Positions 20,829-32,400 of a stretch of DNA of 64,000 bases are shown here, in pieces. Origin of the DNA: Orbicella franksi (taxonomy: Eukaryota); NCBI GenBank assembly GCA_964199315.1, contig OZ116702.1, positions 32,922,001 to 32,986,000 on the forward strand, given 5' to 3'. The notes below the pieces were generated by a model. The model made no database searches and was not told the origin of the DNA. It was given only the letters and a program-made list of their open reading frames with translations. The position numbers and the translations under genes are program-made. The stretch's first letter is position 1. Every line of letters begins with the position of its first letter.

Positions 20829-23336
20829 ATGAAAAATTGCAATTATTGGCCTCGACCCTCCCGTTCTTTATGAGAAATTATTTATTTCTAGTCGCTAAAT
20901 CAGTGATCGCCCCACTTAAAAAACCAACCGCTATAAAAGCAAAGGCATCTTCACAATGCGCTATATTTCCGGCCTGTAGAGATAAGCTCTACGATAACAA
21001 ATTAACGTCGTAGACTTAGCATACGACTTGCCTTTGTCCCGGGCTTTGTTCGCATTTATTACACCATAGATAGAGAGCAATTAAAATAAAAGAAGTAAAG
21101 GAACGAAAATAACCAAAAAAGACGTCTTAGACAAACAACTCGGTTTTTTTTCCTCAGGCCTTGTGAGTAAACATTGAAGCGATGACGTGTTTCAGATAAG
21201 TCCGATTACTTAGTCGCGCAGCAGAGCACGCGTGAAACATTTGCCCACACAAGCATGTTTGATGGTAACAAGGTCATGCATTTAAAAGTTCACAAACCTT
21301 CTAAATGCAGCGATTTGAACTCTGTTCCTGTCCTTCTTCCAGTTCAGAAATAAAGGTGGCCTGGTGACCTGTTTCACAGAACACTTTCTGTTAATCTGTA
21401 CATGTTCTTCCCATGTCTAGAAATAGCTCCCTTTTTGTGTGGAACGCAATTGCGAAATGATGTTTAAGTGTCATGGCATTATGGGCGAGAAAATTTGTTC
21501 CTGAATAGCTTGTGTCACTCACTGTCCACCTTGCATGCTTGAAAATTCCTGTTTGTTGTCATATGTAATTACTAAAGCCATCTGATGTTATGGTCTCTGT
21601 TAACACTGAGTTAATCAGTGTGTTCATCGCTTAACACCAGTGTGTTAATGCTTAACCGATACCCCTGATATAGGCATAGAGGAAACCTTGCGGAATGGAT
21701 TGATGTACAGATCATGTACTTCGATGTTGCTACAGAGTTATTTTTACCTTTTTATCTTTTATCTTATCTTAGTTTATATTATACATTTTTCTTTTAAACA
21801 GGACCCCTTTGATAACATTACTCATCTACTGAAGCATGAACTGTTATCTAATTATTGTTATTATTACCTAAACTGACTGATCTGAAAATAATTACAATAA
21901 TAAATAAACATGCATGTTTGTAACAAGACTCAAATCACGCAGTTTCTTAGCCGCTTCAATAACTTTTTCCCGGCTTTTTGCTGTACCTGTAAGAAACTTT
22001 CTTCCGATCCTTTGAAGCTTTAGATCTCCAGACGGTTTGCAGTAAAACGTTACCTTTTCATAGAAAAAAAAAATTAAAGACGAATCTTGTACAACTGTTT
22101 TGTTCATGATATGACTGGTAAAACAACTCAGTTTAAGTTTCGCGAGATAGATAGGTTTTATGAAATATTAGCCGTTCAGGCCTTTGTAATCGACTCGAAG
22201 GAGCTTGATCATATGAATAATACAAAGCTAATACGCGATGATTGTCAGCACAAGACAATTTACACTCCGGTCTTTCTCAAAGGTAAACAACTGTAGTAAT
22301 TCACACCCAAGGCGGTATTAGAAAGGTCACATATTGGGCAAACAAACGTTGCAAGAAAACACACGTTCTTCCAGGAGATAATAGTTTGATAATCTTAGTA
22401 ACTAGTTTGTTACTGCAGGCAAAACATCACAACCACGGTAATTTGTTTATGGTGGCATTGACATTGATGAGACGCTTTGTATCTGAAGCATTGCGAAACA
22501 CGACAAGAATAGATTATTTAAGGTAACACCGACTGCCTTAATTCTTTTTGTGCCATGAAGCTTGGAACTGAGCTGATAGAAAAAAGTGAAACTCAGCTCG
22601 AGTCTCTATATCGGTGAATCACGAGATTGACGCGCAAAATGTAGTTATTCTCTCTCTCTCTCCCTCTATGCAATTAGTCTGTTAGCAACATTTGGTCAGA
22701 CTGTATGTTTCTGAACACTACGCATTTCCGGGTACATTTCGTCCTCGTTTTTCGGCCCTGATTAAGTTCTGATCGACGGCATATTTTTTTGGCCGCCAGA
22801 TTCGCTGAGCAAAGCTCTTCAGGAGGACAGCAGGTAAAGGGAAACTAGTTTGGTTCAAAAAGAGGAACAATATCTACTTACCTTTGAATACCACGAAAAG
22901 ATGAAATCATTAAGCAAGCTGCACGTTCTTGCTACACAAGTGCCTTAGGACACACAGAGGTACTGTACTAATCAGCCTTCTGCAAGCCAATCCCGTACAA
23001 CACCTCAAATTCGAAGAAATTCTGTTTATAAAACTGCTATGTGCACTAATTGTTTACGATGCTGTATTGATGTGTTCTTCGGTTGACTTCATGTGCATAA
23101 TGTGAGTGTCTGAGATGCTCTTGAACACTCCGAATAACTAATGAATCGCTGCCATGTCTTCCGGTTAAGTGTTCGTCAGCCACGCGTAAATAACTTCCGT
23201 TGTCAGCACGTTCCCGCGGTTAATTCAACGCAAATTTAAACACTAGTGTTATTCTACTACTACAGATACAAAGAACTATAAATCAGTGAAGAAAAACGTA
23301 TTCTTAAAAAAAAAAAAGAATTTACAGACTCGGCTC

Positions 23337-23576
23337 AGGCACTGTCCGGCACTACGCCGGAGAAATTTGAAAACGGTGCTTTCACGGCTCTGAAAACGCA
23401 TCAAATGTCTTCTGTTCACACTAAAACGCAAAGCCGCGTTTTCAAATTCCTCCGGTGTCAAGAGCGTTTTCGTAAAGCTCCGTTTTCGTGACGGATTAGT
23501 GTGGACGGTAGACCTAGCCGTAGAAATAATAAAAGCTGTGGTTTCCAATTTCTCCGGTTTGGTGTGCACAGGGCCT
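23337..23576. mobile_element. PIF/Harbinger-like MITE, relative of 8424-8783
   Basis: Shares CACTACGCCGGAGAAATTTGAAAACG and TTTTCAAATTCCTCCGG motifs; imperfect inverted termini. Confidence 0.7.
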
Positions 23577-25006
23577 TCAAGGAAAATAGCGTGTAAAATG
23601 ACAGAAATTCGCTGGGCATTTTTTTTGATGATAGCTACGATTTCTTGGCAATATATACATATCTCGAAAACGAACGAAACGCTTGCCGACATTTTTAACA
23701 CCTTTTTCCTGTTTCATCCTTTCTTCTGTCCTCTTGATTGATTTTGCCGACCTTGTTTCAACTTAGATGTCGATTTGTTTAATTCGTTCCTCGTGGGTTC
23801 TTCCTGCCGATTACCCTTGTAGTATATTACCAGCCATCACAGCAAACATTTTTCCATGTATTTACCGGAAAATTACGGAGATATATTAAGGATGGCTATA
23901 TGGAAATTGAAAAAACCTCTCTGTGCCGCGGGGTGGTGTTAGTGAGTACAGTAATGGGTGTTAATGCCGTACTTCAATGATTTCTTTGGGCAACATAAGA
24001 TGTCGTGCCAAGTCTTCAAGAATTCTTAGCGCGCATAGTTGAGTATTACTGCAACCTAAAAAGTTACACGCCGCGTTTTTGTTGAAAAAAAGAAAAAAAA
24101 TATTTATAATCTGCCAAAAAGTATTTTCAACGGAATTTTTTTTGTAGCGCTACATTAAATTCAGGTCCTGTAGTACTGCGTCAGAGGCAGCTGGTCTCTG
24201 ATTATTACCACAACAACAGCAATGCAATTACGGACGAAATTATATACTTCTCCTCTGGAGTAGCGGTATACTCTACGAAACGTTATTAAAACAAGGCAGG
24301 TGTCTTGAAAATTGCACAAACTATTTTTCCATTCTGTTTTAGGTTGATACACGCATCTAAACGACTCTGCTAATGACAAATTATAAGTACAAATTCATCG
24401 GGAGTATCAAGTGTACTCTCTTTGAAATTTGCGAGCGAGGGATATGTGAATCAGTGAACGACAAATTGTGATAAAACCTTGTACGGATATATTCAGAAAA
24501 TTGACAAGCAAATTCGTGGATTAAGAAGTTTGTTTTTATATCTCATGATTTCTTATGGAAATCTCCAAGTGCGAGGGAGGAAGTAGCGGCAAAGAGCACA
24601 ATTTTACGTTATGCCTCATCAGAAAAGTCACTGGCTTTCTCTCGATCAAAGACATACCCTATTTTATGTGATAACTGATAAGGAAGATTACCTGGTAGAT
24701 TTGTTCCTTGGAAATACTTGATCCTGCAAATCAGCGAACAAAGATATAGAGAACGAAAGCCTTTTCCTTACCTGTTCCAATTTGTTAACACATAAATCCA
24801 ATCTGCTACGGCGCAAGGGCAGTATTAGTTTTTTTTATTTCTTATTAGCTCGGGAAGGGTAATCGACGTCGAGTTGATACCATTAATTATTTTTTTTCCG
24901 CATGCGCTCCGTTTGGATGAATTGAATCATACAACGTGATTGGTTAAAGTTTTCCATCTGCAGTTGTCGCAATTTCACCTGGGTCGCTCACGTGCTGGCC
25001 ATTCTT

Positions 25007-25320
25007 AGGGACGGACCATTATTTTTTTTTTGACGGGGGTTCGAGGTGGGGGTGGTGTTGGGCAGTTTTCTGGGGCATGAAATTTTTCTCACCTTTAGGT
25101 TGTGCATGAATTTTTTTGGTGTGCAATAGCTTGGGCAAGAACCTTTTTAAAGTCAAACACAGGACCTGGATTGTAGAAAGCACTTGTTCAATTTTTTCCC
25201 CATAGCTCCCCTTGCACGAGTTTTTTGTCAACCGTTTATGCTGTGCAGGTATGCGTTTTTTAGGAAATTGCCTAACCCCCGCCCCTCCACCCCCTCAAAA
25301 AAAATAGTGGTCCGTCCCCT
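25007..25320. mobile_element. MITE with AGGGACGGACCA termini
   Basis: AGGGACGGACCATT at the left end and AGTGGTCCGTCCCCT at the right end. Confidence 0.75.
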
Positions 25321-26470
25321 AGCAGATGAAGATGCTTTACCTCGATGTCTTACGCTGTGTTGCAAAGCAATCGACTGGAGGACGCGCAAAAAAGTACAAA
25401 ATAAAACTATTTCCGTAAATTTTATTGTGCCCATTTTAAGGATATGCTTTACATTGTTTAATCACTCTCATCTCTTAAATTTCTCAATATTAATGACATA
25501 TTTTTAACTAAAACATGAAATAGTAGATACCAATTAAAAGATGTATGTACCCATTAAAATGTAAAACTCGATCTGGACTTGAAATACAAACTCTTTAATA
25601 AGATCTACTTAGTTAAAACTTGAAATTGTTGGTACAAATATAATACCAAATTTTCCTGACAACACTCAAATGTGAAGTCCAAGCCAGACGTCGAACAGAC
25701 CTCCAGTCAGCTTAAAGTAGCACCTCTTTTTCGCCAATATAAATGAAGATTTTACGATGTAAAACTCGATCTTTTGTTCCTAGAGTAATTCAGATAAAGA
25801 GGTGGTCGTTCTGATTGATACGCGAATCTGGTTTGGAATTAATTCCATTAGATAACAACAGGATGGTTAAATTCGAACGAACCATCAAGAAACAAGTTCT
25901 TTAATTCGACTTATTTTTTTTCTAAGGAATTTATTCCATTGACTAAAGAATTTCAGGTTGATTGAAAATAGCTATTCCAAATACCAGATTGGCGAAAAGA
26001 GACCGCACTTTAGGCCTTCCGTTACTTGAAATTCTCTTATTGAAATTTTTACACTTGCACCCAAGAACGATTTTAAAATGGTTTGGTGAGACTATTTTCT
26101 ATATACAATGTTAAATTTCTTTTAAAATCGTCTACTCTCTGATAAATTGCAGTAAAAGTTACTCATAAGTTCCCATTTCAAAAATTTCTTTGTCTGATAC
26201 CTTGGCAATGAACATATAAACTGTGCTAATGTGGCAATCAAGGTGTTCACCCGTGAGGCCAAATATGTTCGAAATACAAAATCTCCGTACCGATTTTCAT
26301 ACATTTGAAAATTTACTTGTTGGGAGAATTTGTTGGAAACCAGACTTTCTTAACGGTGATCATTTTGCAAATTCTCCAAACCAGTTTGCTGAAGTTTATA
26401 TTGACAATGTGTGGAGAAACTAAATGTCCATCTTTCTTGGGGCTTCAGGGTTGCTGAATCAAATTGTTGA

Positions 26471-29400
26471 TCATTCATCAAACACAAAAACGTCCCTTTG
26501 CCTTGATTGCCGCAGTATAGAGTCTTCAGCCATTTTGCCATGTTTCAGTGGCCTCAAAATACGTTTGGAAGAAGGAATGGTAAATGCGGGAGTAGAACAC
26601 GTGACGGGTTTCCCGCCAAATCTTGGCGCTGCTGAAGGTGGTGACGTAAACTCGTTGACGTCAAAAATCCACGTGCCGATTCGGCTTCTCCCAGAAGGAG
26701 TAGGGAGTGGTGATGGGTTTGAATTCGGTGTGCTGTTGCTACGGCTTAGCCTCGACGACGATCGAACCGGCGAAACGTGCTTCAACGGTTTTAATGGTTG
26801 AAACGTTTGTTTTCGAAGCGGTTTTAGCGCAGGAAGTCTTCCTTCGGTTTTCCCTGTTGCTGCTAACTCTGTACTGTCGTCTTTTCTACGAGCCTGAGTT
26901 CGAGGAAGGGACTCGGAATTCTGATGCTCTTTTCGAGAGCTGTTCTTGATCCGTCGAAGCTTGACACGTTCCTCAAGCGTTTGATATACGGCCACGTCAC
27001 TGTCGTAGAAGCTATCCGAATCTTGTACGGACGATGAAGACTGAGCTATTTCTCTCTGTTCGTTGTCTTGCAGTTCATCAAGTCTCGACGCAAAAGAAAT
27101 TGGTTTCTCGTTTTCCTTTTGCGTCTCCATTTCTTGACCCGCCCCCCTCTTTATGGGAGTCTCTGCTCTGGAGCTCTGGGAGGATTCACAGGTGTGGTCG
27201 ATAGCTGTTCCCTTCTCAGACTTCCGTCGTTTTGTTTGCCTTTCAACTTCCGGTGGTTGGAGGTCCTCCGACTTCCGCTTCCGTCCCCAGCTTGAGATGC
27301 TGAATGGTGATGCAACTTCTTCTTCCTCTCCTTCCCCATCACTGCTATCGGCCACTGTGCTAAACACGTCGTCATCTTCATCGAAATCGTCCTCCTCATC
27401 ATCAACTACGGAAGACGATTCAGTTGTGCAGCGCATTTCACTTTGAGACTCGGCACCCTCGCTTTGACTTGATTTTCTTTTTCTTCCAATCCTTGTATCA
27501 TCTGCTTGTCTGATCTCCTCGTCTTCCCCAAAGCCTAGCTTTCTATTTTCTCCTCCCCTGTTTATGTCTTTTTCAGTGACCGTTTCAACCTCGCGCTCAA
27601 TATTTTCTCTCATTTCCATGTCCTCTTCACCTGATTCAGCTTCGTGAACGGTGCTATTTTCCTCATCTTCCAAAGTGGTTTGACTAGCGTCTCCATCCAT
27701 ACTCTCCACAATGGAGTTGATTTTACAACTCAGGTCACCTTCAGATGAAAACGACCTGTCAAAATGGGGCACATTGAAGCCTATGAAGTCTTCTTCCTCC
27801 TCCTCGTCGGACTCGAACAACCGAGTGATACCAGATCTCTCCTTACGACGTTTGTCCAAAAAAGAGGCCGAGTGGAAATCTTTCTTGATGCGAGGGCTCC
27901 CATTCAACAGTTTAATTCCCGCCAGAGATGCACTCAAGTGGTACGGTGATCCACACACTGCAGTTGTTGAGATATCCCCCAAGGAGAGGACACCATCAGA
28001 TAAAAGCTCTTCTCTGTCTATTGGAGTTTCTTCTTCCATGTTGCGCACAGCTGAATGCACTGTCGACGCACATGTGCTCCTTGGTTCATGAATGGGTCCA
28101 CTTCGAGGGCTACCAGATAAGGTGCTTGAAACGGACTGAGATGTGAGGTCTTTTAGCTTTAGGGCCTTTCCCCGAGGAGAATTATTCGATGTTCCTTTTT
28201 TCCTGCCACTATGTTTTGGCTTCTTTTCTGGCATCTTCGTTTTGGGACTCGCCACTGTCTGACTCCTTTGATTTGAACTTTTGCGTTTCGCTTTGACGCT
28301 GGTAAAGGGCGATGAAATAGTTTTTCTCCCTCGACTTTCACCTCCATCACCCGTCTTCGAGTCCACGTCGGGAATTTCGCATTGTGATCTGGTTCTTTTC
28401 CCGGGACAAGGGTCGTGATCTTCTTGATCTTCGCGCTTTCTCAAGCTATTCTTTCTGGCCAACGGGGCTTCGTCCGAATAACCAGACTTCTCCGAGCTCA
28501 CCGGTGAAGGGCAGTATTCCAGCGTGGGTGTGCTCGAGATGTCATCTTCATTCCCATCCGAGGAAGCGTTCTCAGAGGAAGACTGCTTCGATAATGTTTC
28601 TCCACTTGATAACTGAATGCTCTCTGTTTCAGATTCGTCTGATTCGGTCTCCAGTACAGGCCTCTTACGGATCACGCACAACTGTCTGCAGTCCGGCAAC
28701 TTGATTTCCACAACTTCTGAGCCACGAGAAAACTTTCCCAAGCTTTGGTTCGTGTCATGTTTGTTCGTCGTTTTAGCAGCTTCTAGTGCGCTGGCTTTGG
28801 ACGAGGGAATGTTTTTCTGAGGATCACACTTTGCACATCTAATGGGGTGATCATGCGATTCCATTCTTCTTTCCATGTGCTCCTGCTCCACTGATTCTTG
28901 AGTAACCGAATGGGAAACTATGCTCTTTGTCTTTTCAGTAGCATCTGCATCATCACAAAACTCCACAATGGACGCTGGAGCGGAATGCGCGCGTGATCGA
29001 GTGAGTCTAGCCACGCTGTCCGTCTGGACGGTTTCAATAGTTCCTTGCTGATCACCCGGAGCTATTTCACTTGATTTCATTACTCTTGCACTGTTGGATT
29101 CATCAGAGGTTTGCTTTGTTGTTTTTGGTGAAGACCTCGTTCGCCTCTTTCTCTCCAGATTTTGTTCCTCCATTTGTGGCGATTCAGGGATCTTGGACTC
29201 AGATTCGCCACTGCTTCGTTCAGAAAGATTTTCCTTTGTAGAGGATCTCAGGCAAGCCCTTTTAGGACTTTCCATTTGGATGTCCTGCTTGAGTTCTTCC
29301 TGCACATTAGGTACAAGAGATTCAGCGCAATCCTTGTTTTCACCGCAGCATCCTTGAAGAGTTTCCTTTTCAGCTGATCTAAGGCTGCTCCTTTTGGGAC

Positions 29401-32400
29401 TTTCCATTTGGATGTCTTGCTTGAATTCTTCCTGAACATTAGGTACAAGAGATTCAATGCAATCCTTGTTTTCACGGCAGCATCCTTGAAGAGTTTCCTT
29501 TACAGCTGATCTAAGGCTGGTCCTTTTGGGACTTTCCATATGGATATCTTGTTCAGACTCTTCTTTACGAGATTTAACGAGATCATTATTATGGCGTCCA
29601 GAAAGCTTCTCCTTTGTAGCAGATCTAAGGCTCGTTCTTGTAGGACTTTCCATCTCGATGTCTTGTTCGGACTGCTTCTGCAAATTGGATTCACAAGACT
29701 TAACACTTTCCTCGTTTTTACTGTACTTTTCAGGAAGAGTCAACTTTGTAGCAGATCTGAGGCTTGACCTGTTAGGGCTTTTCATCTGGAGATCTTGGTT
29801 GTATTCCGTTTGCACATTAGTTTCACGAGATTTTTCGCGGACGTCATTTTTACTGTGGGGTTCCGGGAGATTTTTCCCTGTGGGGGATTTAAGAGACGCC
29901 ATTTTAGGACTTGCCATATGGATTTCTCGTTCGGGTTTTTCCTGTACATCAGCTACACGAGAGTCAACGCGATCCTCGTTTTTACTACAGCGTTCAAGAA
30001 GACTTGCCTTAGCAGCGGATTTAAGGCATGTTCTTTTGGGACTTTCCCTTTGAACCATATGTTTAGATTCTTCTTTCGCATTACCTTGGGATTTGACTTG
30101 ATCTTTGCTTTCTATTCTGCTTTCATCAGGAAGTTGCTGCGTGACACGCGAAGCTCTGGATCGAAGGCGCGATCGTGTCACGTTTTCTTCTGTAGCAAGC
30201 GACTCGGGAGAGTGATTTTCTTTGCCACTGCTCTCGTCAGAGGAATCTTGTTGAAGATCGTGTGTTCTTAAACACACGCGCGGTTTCTCGATATTTTGGA
30301 CAGATGGCCGTTTCTCTCCTTCTTTAGTCTTGTCATCAGGTGACGAATGAATCAGGTTACCTAGAAAAGTGGAGGCACCCGTGCCGCACTTTGAACTCCC
30401 CACAACGGGACTGGTCGACGTTGAGTGCGTCTTGGCGCGGGACGCTCGCTTCGCAGATTTCTCATCACGTGTTTTCTCTGAACTCAAACGCTTGTTCTTG
30501 ACATCCTTGCTAGTGGCACTGTCCATAACCTCGCTAGGACTGCTATTTTTGTTTGAAGAATTTGACAGTCTTGGACTGCTACGCAACTGTCGTGACTCAC
30601 CCATCTCGACCTCATGGCCGGCTTGGCCGCCTCTTGGTCTCAGCACTCTTGTTGGTGTACCATCTCCACTTGACTTTTTCTTTGGGGAGGAGTCAGTGGT
30701 GGAAGTATGACAAGCACAGCTCCTGTCAGAGGAGGGGTTGTTGGGTGTGCGGCAGCTGCTATTTTCGTCCAGGGCTTGGTCGGGTGGGGTTTGACAGTTT
30801 GGTATTATTTCTTGTTTGTTCTGTTTTGAGGGCGTTTTCTCTCCGTCTCGATCCACCAGGGATACTCCAGAACTTGGTGGTTTACTCCTAAAACAGCGGA
30901 AGATCACAAACGAAACGTAAGACACATAATGAAGTACACTGTTGGTGATCTTCGGAGGAATTATCTTTTTTCGACAACCCCGCCTTGCAGAGAGAAACAG
31001 TTCGTGATGTCAAATCTCCCTCATCCCCCGTTTGGTATAATATCAAACTGAAACAGTAAAGTATCCCTTCATTTACTAGATGGTTTTCTAAATTCTCATC
31101 ACTCATCTGCCTAACAGTGTTTTGAAATTCTAAGGAGATATTGGATGTTGATCTCTCTCTCAATTTTTGGCACGGAAATTCAACCCAAGTAAAACGTTTT
31201 CTATACTCACCTGCTGTTTTCCTGTTTTTCTCTCTCTTTCTGTTCATGTTTCAGCAGCATTTTAGCCAAGAAGTCCTGCAAACTTGGTCCCTTACTAATT
31301 AATTTATCCAGGCTTTGGTAGTTTGATGAATCTCTGGCAAATGACTGATGACGATCACTGTGAAGGTGCTAAAGGGAATACACAAACAACATTGCTTTTT
31401 ATTCCATGCCATAGAAAATACAGCTAATCAGAATACAGGAAAGCCATAGTATATTCGATGGTATTACATCCAACCTTCCCATCATTTGCTGAGCATATGG
31501 CATATTGACTGTGTTGGCCACTGTATTTTCCATGGCATGGTATAAAGTAGCTATCACTCTCTCACGGTATAAAATGGAATATCTCACTTGTCACTTGTAT
31601 TTTCTTGACACTTGGTTCAAGTCTTGTGTGTATACCGAGAAAATTCAAGTCACTTGTGGGATATCCCAAGGTGTACTACTCAAAAGCATTGCATAATCCG
31701 CCGTCTCGACAAGGACTACCAGGAACTCTCAACTTTTGAACATACCACTCTTCCGCACTGCTAGCGGCCAAACGACCTTTCAATATAGAGAGACCTCTCT
31801 GTGGAATGAGTTGCAGCCTTTGCTCAAACTTAGCCCATCCATGACAGATTTCAAACAACTACTCAATAGTAATTACCCAACAATAAATATGTCACAAAGT
31901 CAGCAAAAGTACAAGTAGCTGTTACATGCAAACTGGTGTAGTAATGAAATGAAATATTATCATTTGTAAAAGTAAAACAACAGAAAAACATAAAACAAAT
32001 AAAGTAGAAGGAGCACAGTCTAGATCAATGATGAACAAAACACTTTGCAACAGTGCTAAACAAGTGAAGACATGGTTGATCACCGCAGTTACACACAACT
32101 TAAGCAGTTGTGAAATTAAACCCTGAAAAAAAATTCAGGCCTGAACGGGAGTCAAACCCACGACCTCTGCGATACTGGTGCAGTGCCCTACCAACTGAGC
32201 TATCAAGCCAAATGGGAGCTTGTCAAACTATGAGTTCGTAATATACCTGTACAAAACAAAACCAGTTTGAATCCTTACCTTGTCCAGGTCCTCATAATGA
32301 ACACAGCAACACTCACAATATCCTCTCTTTTTGTTCTTGTCCTCTTCTGCTATTTTTCTACAAAAAGTAACGCATTTACGAATTTGGATTTTCTGTTTTA

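Noticed and set aside
29094-30891. Plus-strand ORFs of 70-175 aa (also antisense ORFs over FBXL7 and RSPH1)
   Set aside because: They are antisense shadows of real minus-strand coding exons.
30940-31049. Possible extra DBF4 exon (phase 2-2)
   Set aside because: The donor (GTGTAC) is weak, and the direct 31211-30887 splice is already in frame; it cannot be supported without reads.
32150-32225. tRNA gene
   Set aside because: A and B boxes are present but the cloverleaf and acceptor stem are incomplete and a SINE body follows.
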